A stretch of 64,000 nt of DNA from the IMG/VR virus record IMGVR_UViG_3300030328_002321, positions 21,959 through 85,958 of that record; one strand, 5' to 3'. The stretch's first letter is position 1; every line of letters begins with the position of its first letter. Below the pieces are notes generated by a model. The model was not told the origin of the DNA, did not search any database, and saw nothing but the letters and a program-made list of their open reading frames with translations. Below, one piece after another: positions 35,928-45,633 of this stretch. The translations under genes were made by a program, and so were the position numbers. The DNA comes from a virus.

Positions 35928-38900
35928 TATTTACAATTCTTTTTATTAAATTTATCTTTAAAATTTTGTGGAGCAATCTCTTTTGGATCTTTAGCTGCTG
36001 GACCTTCTGTAGATGTTTCTAGTTTAGACTCTTCAATAACCTCTTGTGCAGTTTTACCCATTATATTTCCTTTTTCAAAAACAACTTTAGGATTATTAAA
36101 TAGACTTTCATTTATACTTACAGTATCTACACTTAATATAGAATAATGCCCTTCTCCTTGTACTCTATCTCCAACTTCGCTAGGAGCAAATAAATAGTCT
36201 TGGTATGTAGGAAATCTTGCTCCTGTAACAGGACTAATATATTCCTCTGTAGTATTAGCTAATCCTCTATCTACGTGATACTTTTTATTATCTAAAAAAG
36301 CACTAAAATCTTCTTTAAGATTAAATTTTGAAGCTTCTGTATCTCTTTTTCCTTTAGATGTAAAACCATCTTCAGATGGTTCAACAATGCTGTACACAGC
36401 TTTTTGATCATTTAAAGCTTTAATCATTTCACTTTCTGTAACCCTTATTGTCTTTTCTAAATTTGGACTGTAATATACTAAATATTTTTCTCCACCTTTA
36501 AAGGAATCAAAAAATAAAAAGCTTGGATTTTTATCTGCATTTTGGGTTTGAGTGCTTACTGCTACTATTTTTGCAGCTTCATCATAGTTTTTATTCTTTA
36601 TTAACTCTTCAACTTTTTTCTTAGCTTTTTCAGATAAATTTGCTGTACTAGTTAGTATGATTCTAGGCTTACCTCCAGGCACATTTTCAGGCCTTGCAAT
36701 TACTGCTATTTGATCAATTCTACCTTCAGTTTGTTCTGTCTGTACAGCTGTTTTTATTTTAGGTAAATCTTTTTGGTTTTTATCAGGACTTACTTCACTT
36801 ACTTGCCACTGTATTATATCTGTCTCTCCAGGTACTCCTGCAGTAAATGCTAATAATATATTGTTTGTACTACCACCTCCAACTTCTTCTTGTATATTAT
36901 AAAAATAACTTGTGTTTGTTGCATCTGACAATACAGCATTATTATAATTATTAGCAATTACTTCAGATATTTTTGTAGTTACTTTTTCACCAGCTTTTAG
37001 TTTTTCTAATATTGCTGCTCTTTCTGCACTAGGGCCTGCTGGGAGTTTTCCTATAAGTTCGCCTTCTAATCTTATATATATAGGAGTTTGACTATTTTCA
37101 GTAGATTTACCTTTATGCTCTTTTACAAAGAAATCATTTTCTATAATTTCAAAAGTTACTTCTTTTCCTACAACGTCCCCAAGTAATACACTTTGATTAA
37201 TAACAATAGGTTTTCCATCAAGTGTGTCTTCTTCTTGTAAGTTAGGAACTCCGTTTCCATCTACTCCTACTTTCTTTTTATTAGTTACCCATAGAGTAGG
37301 ATTTTCTTTTAAACCAATACTTAACACTGGAGTTTCTTCTTGATCTTCCATTGGTAATACGTCCTCAAGACTTAATTGTGCAGGGTCTGAGTCTGGTTTT
37401 ACTTTAATTTCTCTTTTTGGAGGAGCGTCTTCTATTTCTACATTTTTTAAATCTTGTACTGGTTCTTCATCTTCTTTAGTTTTTTCTTTTGCAATCTCTT
37501 CTGGATTTTTTTCTTCATACTCTAATTCTTCAATTGCTTTAGTTAAACCTGCAAGCTCAGTTTCTGAAAGGTCTGCATGATCAATACTTTTAAGATTTGT
37601 AAGACGCACATCTAGAGGAAGATCTTCATTTAATTTTAAGTATCTATTTTTAGCTTCATCTTCTTTTTCTTTAAGCTCTTTTTTCTTTATTTCTGCATCA
37701 ACTTTTGTTTCTCCTTCAGCATCTTTTGCATTATTTTTAATGTCTTCTTCTGTTTTTGCATCTCTAACTGCTTGTTTATCTTTAAGATCTTTTGCTGCTT
37801 TAGCAGCTGCTGCTTCTCTTTCTTTCCTTCTTTTTTGATATTGCTGTTGGAAGTATTCGTCTGAGCTAAGTTTTTTGTAAGCTTCTACAGCTACATTATT
37901 ATTTGATAGTAATTGTATATAATCATTTGCCATATTTGCAAATTCTTTAACTTTAATAGGATCTGCATTTCTTTTTATTAAAGTACTTAATATTTCTTGA
38001 AGCTTACCTTTAACTTTATCTACTTCTTCTTTAGCATTATATTTTGCAGGATCACCTTCAATTTCAGGCATATTGTATAAACTAAGAACTCCGTCTCTCA
38101 TAGGAACCCCATTTACAAGATCAACCATTTCTGACATAAGATCATTCATGTTATCCTCTATTGATTTCATTCTACGATTACGATCTTTAATACCAAATAA
38201 ACCTAAAGTAAGATCTGTTCTAAGCGCGTATTGTTCACCAAGCATTTCTTGCTCTGCTTTTACTTCTTCTTCAGACATTCTAGTTTTACTAAGCCCTTGT
38301 TTTGCTGGTATAGGAGGAAAAGCGTCATTTATATCTTGATAAGTTTTTTTAAAAGTTTTCATCTTGTCTTTATGCTTATCAATTATTTCTTGTTTAGTCA
38401 GTCCTGTTTGTTCTTTTATACTTTGCTCAGGATTATACCCAAACTGTTTAGCAAATTCAGCGTCTTCCATTTGTGCTGCATCGTCTAGTTTTTGTAGATA
38501 TACATCATAGCCTCCATTTTCTAATACATCAAAAGCACCAATTGCTATTAAATCATTCTGTGCGTCTTTGTATGCTTTGTGATTACCTTCGAGTTTAGCT
38601 TTTTGCATTCTTGCTAAAGCATATATTTGGGCATTATAAGAAGCTCCTCTTCTTTGAGCATTTTGCATAAAACCTCCATTAAGTAAATCTGCTAAGTATT
38701 GAGCATTCTTTTTTCTTTGTGCATAAGGTTTACTTAATATACTTCCTCCGCCTCCCATTCCTGTCCCTACAATAGCTCCTACAAGCATAGACTCTAGTCC
38801 TTCTTGTGTTCCAAACGTTTGTGAAAGGCCTTTATACAGAGAGGAAAGCATATCTTCAGATCCTCCATCAAAATATTTATTTGTGTGATAATCTGTTGTT

Positions 38901-40048
38901 CCTATTTTAGCGGCAAATTGCATTCCTTCTTGAAATGCTTCTGTAAGAGAGCTTTTGCCAGCAGGTGTTAATCTTGATAGCCCATTTCTAAACATTCCTC
39001 TTGCTCCTAATTGGCTTATTGCTTTACCAGCTGCGTCTAAAACTACATCCTCATTTTGTTTTAATGCTGCTCTATATCCAGAAACTCTTTTTCCAAACAT
39101 AAGTAAATTTGTAGGAGCTAATACAGCTATATTCGCTAGAAAGTCTGCGTTACCTGCATCATAAGATGCTTCTCTAATATCAGCTAGTATTTTTTCTCCT
39201 AATTGATATTCACTTTGTAAACCTCTTTCTTCTAACTCTTTAGCAACTAAAGAATCGTATGCATTTCTTTGTGTTTCTCTTGCCTCTACAGAAGATTCTG
39301 CTAAAGACATATATATTCCCACTTCTGCTGTATTTAACGCATTAAGTAATCTTTTACCTTTACTTGCTTTAAAAGCTTTATCTGCTAATTGTGTACCAGT
39401 TGTCATAGCTTTTGATAAATCATACATTTTTTTCATCTTAGAAGCTTTTCCTACTAAACTAACTCCTTTCGCCATCATCCCTACTCCTCCGGTTAAATAA
39501 ACTGTAGCTAAAGAACCTATACTATATCCAAATCCATTAGCTACAGTATCTGCCCAAAAATTAGCTGTTCCAAGTTTTTGACCAATATGCATGTCATTTT
39601 CTGCTTGAGTTCTATAATTAGGCATAACCTCACGCATCCATTCATTTCCTTTATCTATACTTTTACCAACAAAATTATCATAGTATGCTCCTCCTGTAGC
39701 TAGCTCTCCTAGTCCAGCAATAACTCCTACTGTATTTTCTACCAAAGCTCCTACAGTTGTAACTAATGCTTTACTTATACCATTACGCCATTTTTCTCCC
39801 GTACTTTGAAGCCTTGCTCTTTGCTCATCCCAATTAAAATGTCTAGTAGTAGGAACATTGTACTTTTTATATTTACTTAAATCATCTGTATAAATATTTG
39901 TAAAATTTATAGAGTCATAAGGATCTATATTTCGCTTAATTATTGGAAGTCCTTCTATGTCTTCTGTTCTAATTTGAAAGCCTTTTTGCTTAGGTAGATT
40001 AGTTTTACTATCTAAATCTACATCGTTAGTCTGTAGTTGTATAGCCAT
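35927..40048 (-). CDS. Virion cargo (ejection) protein
   Basis: 1373 aa; N-terminal Gly/Ala-rich hydrophobic segments and coiled coil; immediately upstream of the vRNAP. Confidence 0.8.
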   Translation of the reverse strand: MAIQLQTNDVDLDSKTNLPKQKGFQIRTEDIEGLPIIKRNIDPYDSINFTNIYTDDLSKYKKYNVPTTRHFNWDEQRARLQSTGEKWRNGISKALVTTVGALVENTVGVIAGLGELATGGAYYDNFVGKSIDKGNEWMREVMPNYRTQAENDMHIGQKLGTANFWADTVANGFGYSIGSLATVYLTGGVGMMAKGVSLVGKASKMKKMYDLSKAMTTGTQLADKAFKASKGKRLLNALNTAEVGIYMSLAESSVEARETQRNAYDSLVAKELEERGLQSEYQLGEKILADIREASYDAGNADFLANIAVLAPTNLLMFGKRVSGYRAALKQNEDVVLDAAGKAISQLGARGMFRNGLSRLTPAGKSSLTEAFQEGMQFAAKIGTTDYHTNKYFDGGSEDMLSSLYKGLSQTFGTQEGLESMLVGAIVGTGMGGGGSILSKPYAQRKKNAQYLADLLNGGFMQNAQRRGASYNAQIYALARMQKAKLEGNHKAYKDAQNDLIAIGAFDVLENGGYDVYLQKLDDAAQMEDAEFAKQFGYNPEQSIKEQTGLTKQEIIDKHKDKMKTFKKTYQDINDAFPPIPAKQGLSKTRMSEEEVKAEQEMLGEQYALRTDLTLGLFGIKDRNRRMKSIEDNMNDLMSEMVDLVNGVPMRDGVLSLYNMPEIEGDPAKYNAKEEVDKVKGKLQEILSTLIKRNADPIKVKEFANMANDYIQLLSNNNVAVEAYKKLSSDEYFQQQYQKRRKEREAAAAKAAKDLKDKQAVRDAKTEEDIKNNAKDAEGETKVDAEIKKKELKEKEDEAKNRYLKLNEDLPLDVRLTNLKSIDHADLSETELAGLTKAIEELEYEEKNPEEIAKEKTKEDEEPVQDLKNVEIEDAPPKREIKVKPDSDPAQLSLEDVLPMEDQEETPVLSIGLKENPTLWVTNKKKVGVDGNGVPNLQEEDTLDGKPIVINQSVLLGDVVGKEVTFEIIENDFFVKEHKGKSTENSQTPIYIRLEGELIGKLPAGPSAERAAILEKLKAGEKVTTKISEVIANNYNNAVLSDATNTSYFYNIQEEVGGGSTNNILLAFTAGVPGETDIIQWQVSEVSPDKNQKDLPKIKTAVQTEQTEGRIDQIAVIARPENVPGGKPRIILTSTANLSEKAKKKVEELIKNKNYDEAAKIVAVSTQTQNADKNPSFLFFDSFKGGEKYLVYYSPNLEKTIRVTESEMIKALNDQKAVYSIVEPSEDGFTSKGKRDTEASKFNLKEDFSAFLDNKKYHVDRGLANTTEEYISPVTGARFPTYQDYLFAPSEVGDRVQGEGHYSILSVDTVSINESLFNNPKVVFEKGNIMGKTAQEVIEESKLETSTEGPAAKDPKEIAPQNFKDKFNKKNCK

Positions 40049-40051
40049 AAA

Positions 40052-42604
40052 TTAATATAAATATTTTGCGTAGGTATCTCCTTCATTATTAATTGGTTGG
40101 TCTAGTAGCCCTTCAAGAATTTTTAAACCTTCTGCTTTCGCGTGTGCCGTAGTAGTTATAACGCCCTCACTATTCATACTAGTAATTATAATAGGTTTAG
40201 AATTTTCTGAACCATTATCATTTTGATATTTAAATTCAACTTTACTACTTTCTTCTCCTTTAGGTCCTACTGTAAATATTTCTGGAGACCAGCTAGTTAC
40301 ATTATGCGCTAAGCCTTCTGCATATAATCTATTTACTTTAAATCCTGTACTATTTACGTGGTTATCTATTGTAGAGTCTCCGTCAGTATAAGCATTTATT
40401 TCTGATGCTGGTATAAATATATATTCAGTATCTCCTATATCTTTATCGTTTTTCTTTACTTTACTCTTTATAGAAACTGCAATCATAGGAACACCGCTTG
40501 GATTAGCTACATTTACAAGACCTGTTTGAGCTACATTTATTTCTACAACATCTCCTTCTCCATATGTTTCTCTTATATATTGCTTATACCCTATTTTCTC
40601 TTCACCTGCCATAGTAATAACAGCTATGTTATCATTAAGGCCTTCTTTAATTGCATTGTTTATAGCTGTTTTTGTTTCGTCTGTTGTATCTCCATAACTA
40701 GTATCTACAAGACCATCAAACTTAATAGTATCATTTTTTAAAGTAGTTTCTATTATGTCTCTATCTGACTGCATTGTTCGTCTAAACTCTTGTACAACAT
40801 TACCTAAAAATTTATTTCTTGCTTTTAATATATTTGGATCAACTTCTCCTTCGTCTCCATATAATGCATTTACAAACTCTCCATACCCTCGTCTTTTTAT
40901 TGTAGTTCCAGTACCCCCAGTAGGAGCGTAACTAACAGCTACATCACTTTCTCCTGTAAATGCTTCTTGACCTTCAAGGTAAGCTAAAGCATCATATAGT
41001 GTTGCACCTTCTTCAAGTGCCCCTGCTTTAATCAACCCTGCTAATATATCTTCACGCGATAAGTACTGATTCTGTTCTTTATACGGGAGAGTTGTTCCAG
41101 GTAATCTTTCAGGTTCTACAAGATCTTTAGATTTACGTTCTTTATAAGCTTGCTCAGTTTCACCATCTTTATATACTGAATTTTTTGCTTCGTTTAATCT
41201 AATATTTGCAAGAGTTTGTTTGTCTCTTGCTCTTCTAAGATTTTTAATATCTCCAATTAAAGTTTCTTTACCAACTTTGTTATCTTCAGGCATTAAAGCT
41301 AAAATTTCTTCTATTTCTGCATCTGTATCTGCATTGTATAATAGCTCAGCTGAAACATTTCTATCTGCATATTCTGTTGTAGTTTTATCTATGATTGAAA
41401 CTTGTTCAGCTAAATGCTTTTGTATTTGTGGTGTAGTAGTACCACCAATAACTACAGAAGTCATAGCACCGCTAACGCCTGTATTAAAAAATACTTGTGG
41501 TTTATCTTTATTGCTACCACCTGATCCTACACCATCTTCATCTAATACACTTGGAGTTTCTGAATAAGCTTCGTTTCTATAAACATATTTATTTTGTGCA
41601 TCTTTTAAATATTCTTTCTTTAAGTCATCATGAGTTACACCAACTAAAGTATTTCTAGCTCCGTTTGTTTCAACATTTTTTAGAATTCTTTCTTTATAGT
41701 CTTCATAGTATTGTACTGTTTCTGCTCTTTTCTCATCTGATAGATCTTTATCAGCAATTGTTTCATCTATTTTAGAATCTATACTAGCTAAAGAATTATT
41801 TATTTTTTCTTGTGCTTCTTCATCAGTAAGCATATAAGTACTAAGATCTGCTTCTTGTCTAAGATATGCGTGTACATCATCTCTTTTTAATACTGCATTA
41901 GTTACGTTTGCAACTAAGTTTGAATCTACTTCTCCTAGTATTTTTTTTCCTTTTTTAACTAGCCATACAGGATTTCCTGCTTTACTTTTTTCTACACCAT
42001 CTAAAGGGTATCTATCTAAAACTATTTCAAAGTCACCATCACGAAGTTCATATCCTTCATACTCACCTTCTCTTGCTACAACATCTTTCATAGCTTTAGC
42101 AAACTCAGCATTTACATCTACATAGTGAGCAACATTTTCTCCTTTAAAATAAGAGTCTCGATCTACAGTTCCTGAAGGAGTATACTGAATACCTTTATAT
42201 TTAGATTTAGATTGTGCTAATTTTCTGTCTTTTATTGAAGTTGTTATCAATCCTTTATTTACTTTCTCTTTTAGCATATTTTCATACGCAGTATATAAAT
42301 CTTTACTTTTTTTAATAGGAGTATAGTCTTTAATAAATGACATAGCATCTCTATGAATAGTCATACCTAAATTTTCATAATCTGTTCTTTGAGCTCTTTC
42401 ATCAATACCAGCATTGTATTTATCCGCTAAAGAATATAATGTTTCACTATCTTCTTCTAAAGCTTCCATATTCATAACAGATGTAGCTAGCGCATTATCT
42501 GCTTGCATATTAGCCATGTACTCTTTTCTTTTTAGCTCGTTAACTTGTACTGACCCAGTGTCTCTGTACATTGATTGTATTGGTTGTAAATCGTATTTTG
42601 CCAT
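40052..42604 (-). CDS. Putative virion cargo protein
   Basis: 850-aa ORF in the cargo gene cluster. Confidence 0.7.
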   Translation of the reverse strand: MAKYDLQPIQSMYRDTGSVQVNELKRKEYMANMQADNALATSVMNMEALEEDSETLYSLADKYNAGIDERAQRTDYENLGMTIHRDAMSFIKDYTPIKKSKDLYTAYENMLKEKVNKGLITTSIKDRKLAQSKSKYKGIQYTPSGTVDRDSYFKGENVAHYVDVNAEFAKAMKDVVAREGEYEGYELRDGDFEIVLDRYPLDGVEKSKAGNPVWLVKKGKKILGEVDSNLVANVTNAVLKRDDVHAYLRQEADLSTYMLTDEEAQEKINNSLASIDSKIDETIADKDLSDEKRAETVQYYEDYKERILKNVETNGARNTLVGVTHDDLKKEYLKDAQNKYVYRNEAYSETPSVLDEDGVGSGGSNKDKPQVFFNTGVSGAMTSVVIGGTTTPQIQKHLAEQVSIIDKTTTEYADRNVSAELLYNADTDAEIEEILALMPEDNKVGKETLIGDIKNLRRARDKQTLANIRLNEAKNSVYKDGETEQAYKERKSKDLVEPERLPGTTLPYKEQNQYLSREDILAGLIKAGALEEGATLYDALAYLEGQEAFTGESDVAVSYAPTGGTGTTIKRRGYGEFVNALYGDEGEVDPNILKARNKFLGNVVQEFRRTMQSDRDIIETTLKNDTIKFDGLVDTSYGDTTDETKTAINNAIKEGLNDNIAVITMAGEEKIGYKQYIRETYGEGDVVEINVAQTGLVNVANPSGVPMIAVSIKSKVKKNDKDIGDTEYIFIPASEINAYTDGDSTIDNHVNSTGFKVNRLYAEGLAHNVTSWSPEIFTVGPKGEESSKVEFKYQNDNGSENSKPIIITSMNSEGVITTTAHAKAEGLKILEGLLDQPINNEGDTYAKYLY

Positions 42605-42614
42605 AGTTTATTTT

Positions 42615-44561
42615 TTAGTCTCCTTGTGGAGTTTCAAACAGTCCAGATGCTATAAGAGCAATGTCTTGATCTGTATAATTCTGTCCGGTCTTTGGATTAA
42701 TTTTACCGCTTAGTAATGTTTTAAGTCTATCTCTTTCGTATATACCATATAAGCCTTGTGCTCGAGCTAGTCTTTCATCTGCTTTATATTGCATTGTATC
42801 TCCCATTACTGTTCCTACACCTTGAGCTAAAGTATTTAAAATATTCATTCTATTAGAAATCTTTTCATTCTCTTTCATGTTTCTTAATTGAATATTAGCA
42901 TTATCAACTGCTGCTCTTCTATCCGCTTCTTTTTGAATCAGTTGAGCATTTGTAGTTGCAGCTGTTAATTCATTTTGTACATTTCTAAGATTTGCTTGTT
43001 CTTCACTTTTCTTAGTTAGATTTTCAGCTGTTATTGCATCTTTAGATTCTTGTGCTCCTAACGTTCCTTCAGCTGCTATTTTTCTAGCAAATAGAGCTTG
43101 TCTATTAGACATAGTTGCGGCCCCTCCACCTGATGTGTCTAAAAATCTTTGCTCTCCTGTATAAGCACTAGCTAATCTAGCTCTTGCTTCATTTTGAGTA
43201 GGTGCTTCATATTTTAAACCTTTAACTCTTCCTGCTACAATAGGACTAGTAAATCCAGGAGTATATGTAAATTCTTCTGGATCTTTTTGCTTTGTAAGCA
43301 TTGCTCCAATAGTTGGTATAAATTGAGCGCCTAATCCTATTTTTGATTCTAAAGGCATTCCTGGGTTCATAACTTGATTACGTAACTTATCAAGAAGTTT
43401 TTGTTGTTCTGCTAGTTCTGTAGCTTTTTGTTCAGCTTCTTCTGGATATAACTTTGCAAACGCTTCAGGATTAGTTTGTTCTACAATTGCTTTTGTATCA
43501 AATCCATCTGGATCATCTGCTTCTACGTCCTGATCCATCCAGTCTGTATTATACATTGCGCTAAGTTGATCATATTGTATTTGTTGTTCTCCAGTAAGCT
43601 CTCTTCCTTGATCTACAAATAATTGTAAATTTTGTAACATTCTTCTTTCTCCCTCTTCTTCAGAAGGTCTTCTTTCATTCATTCTTCTTCTTCTTTCGTC
43701 TTTATAAGCTTCGGTATTTTTTTGTAAGTTTAATATTTCTCGACCATAATTAGGATATTGCCTCATAATTTCTTCTAGATCCATACGGCCTCCTTCTTCA
43801 TATTTCATAACACCCCCAAGTTTAGCTACTTGATTAGGATCTCTTCCTGCAGCTTTCTCTTGCATCTTTGCTAACATATTAACTTCTTCTTGTCCTCCTC
43901 CATTTTGTAATATATTTTTATGCATATCAGCATAAGATACTCCATCTTTCTTTAAATGTGAAGAAAAGAAATAATCTCTTTTACCCCCTGTTTTAGCCAT
44001 ATTTACTTGATCCATAGTTTCACCATCTTCTACTTCTGTATTTGCATCCACCATAATACCGCTATCTGATCCCATACCTGATTCATCATGCTGATTACCC
44101 ATAAACTCTACAGCATCACTTCCTGGTATAGGACTCATTATACCACCCGGCAAAGGTATTCCACCTGTTTGAAACATACTAGTTTTATTAGCCCATACAG
44201 AAGGTGTATGTTCTTTAACTAATCCTCCTGATGGTATAAATTGTGCTGTACTATCTCCACCTCCAAACTTATCACTTCCTTCTACATAGTTAGGGTTTTG
44301 TGTATATCCAGCTCTACCTCCTGAATATTCTTGTCCCTCTTTATACATTCCGTATAATGATGATGTAATTGCAACTGGAGCTACAGATCTACCTAAACCT
44401 GCCAAAAATCCAGAACCTGGTCCTGTTAGACTTGATGCAACTCTTGTTAATCCTTGCTTAATACCTTCCCCTACTCCTTTTTCACCAACCATTGTAGCTA
44501 AGTCTGTAAGTCCTCCTTTATTATATTTTTTACTTAATTTTTTTAGTATACTATTTTTCAT
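42615..44561 (-). CDS. Putative virion cargo protein with repeated xxGG motifs
   Basis: 648 aa; YNKGG, FQTGG, AKTGG, AKLGG, YEEGG; G..H...G....EVEDGET block; coiled-coil C-terminus. Confidence 0.75.
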   Translation of the reverse strand: MKNSILKKLSKKYNKGGLTDLATMVGEKGVGEGIKQGLTRVASSLTGPGSGFLAGLGRSVAPVAITSSLYGMYKEGQEYSGGRAGYTQNPNYVEGSDKFGGGDSTAQFIPSGGLVKEHTPSVWANKTSMFQTGGIPLPGGIMSPIPGSDAVEFMGNQHDESGMGSDSGIMVDANTEVEDGETMDQVNMAKTGGKRDYFFSSHLKKDGVSYADMHKNILQNGGGQEEVNMLAKMQEKAAGRDPNQVAKLGGVMKYEEGGRMDLEEIMRQYPNYGREILNLQKNTEAYKDERRRRMNERRPSEEEGERRMLQNLQLFVDQGRELTGEQQIQYDQLSAMYNTDWMDQDVEADDPDGFDTKAIVEQTNPEAFAKLYPEEAEQKATELAEQQKLLDKLRNQVMNPGMPLESKIGLGAQFIPTIGAMLTKQKDPEEFTYTPGFTSPIVAGRVKGLKYEAPTQNEARARLASAYTGEQRFLDTSGGGAATMSNRQALFARKIAAEGTLGAQESKDAITAENLTKKSEEQANLRNVQNELTAATTNAQLIQKEADRRAAVDNANIQLRNMKENEKISNRMNILNTLAQGVGTVMGDTMQYKADERLARAQGLYGIYERDRLKTLLSGKINPKTGQNYTDQDIALIASGLFETPQGD

Positions 44562-44573
44562 TCTTTTATATTT

Positions 44574-45632
44574 TTAATTACCGTATCTTGGAATTCCTAA
44601 TCTTAATCCTCCAAGTTTAGCGTTTATTCCTAGATCATATCCAGAAATAGTTTTACTTTTTAATTCTGAAGCTCTAGCACTTGCCCGTGCCGTTAAATAC
44701 TTTGATCTTTGTTTAGTTTCATAATTAGATATTTTTTTATCTCTTTGTGCAGTTAATCGTTTTTGTTCTCTTCTAGCTTTACCTCTTGAAAGAAGCCCTT
44801 TTCCTAAACCATATATTGCTCCTAATGCACCTCCTATTAAGGTTCCTGCTGGACCTAATGTAGATCCTGCAAGCATAGCTGCAGTTGCTGCTGCTCCAAT
44901 ACCGGTTCCAATTCCTGATAAAGTAGCTCCTGCTCCTTCACCAAAATTCAAAGTTGTAGCATCATCATCATCAGATAATTTAGTTACACCTGCTCCAGCT
45001 AAAGCAGCAATTGTTCCTATACCCGCTCCAGATTTAGCAAAACTACCAAGACCTTGTCCTAAAGATGTTAATCCTGCTTTACCTGCAGTACCCGCAGAAC
45101 TTGCCATTAATTGTCCAGATTTAATAGCTTGGTTAGTTGCTCTCTGAGCTTTATAAGCTTGACCGGCCTTTTTAAATGCTCCAAATAAAGAAGTACCTTT
45201 TCCTCCAATTCCTTGTTTTACAAAATCGTTAGTTGCAGGATCCCATATAATAGGATTACTTCCGGTCGCTCCAGTCCCTATTTTAGTAATATCTGTTTTC
45301 TCTTCTGGTTTTATAAATTGTTTAGCAATTTGTTTTGTTCCGCTTACAATAGCATCAGCTTGAGCGTCACTTTGCGCTGCTACACTTTCTATTTGTTGAT
45401 TTGCTGTTACCTCATCTTGTGCTATTTCCTCAGAAACATTTTGAGATTCCTCTTGTAAATTAAGAGTTGTTTGTTTTAATTTTTCTTCTTTAGCCTCTAA
45501 AACCTCTGGATTGCTTTCTTCTCGTACAAGATTAGTTGTATTAAGCCCAGGAGGTATTGTATTACTGTACATACCTCCAGCTGTATAAATTTTTCTTTTA
45601 GCTTTTTTCTTTTTAAGTTTTTTTAGTGCCAT
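44574..45632 (-). CDS. Putative virion cargo protein with membrane-like Gly/Ala helices
   Basis: Starts MALKKLKKKK; hydrophobic GIGAAATAAMLAG...LIGGALGAIYGLG; YTAGG and AKLGG motifs. Confidence 0.75.
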   Translation of the reverse strand: MALKKLKKKKAKRKIYTAGGMYSNTIPPGLNTTNLVREESNPEVLEAKEEKLKQTTLNLQEESQNVSEEIAQDEVTANQQIESVAAQSDAQADAIVSGTKQIAKQFIKPEEKTDITKIGTGATGSNPIIWDPATNDFVKQGIGGKGTSLFGAFKKAGQAYKAQRATNQAIKSGQLMASSAGTAGKAGLTSLGQGLGSFAKSGAGIGTIAALAGAGVTKLSDDDDATTLNFGEGAGATLSGIGTGIGAAATAAMLAGSTLGPAGTLIGGALGAIYGLGKGLLSRGKARREQKRLTAQRDKKISNYETKQRSKYLTARASARASELKSKTISGYDLGINAKLGGLRLGIPRYGN

Positions 45633-45633
45633 A

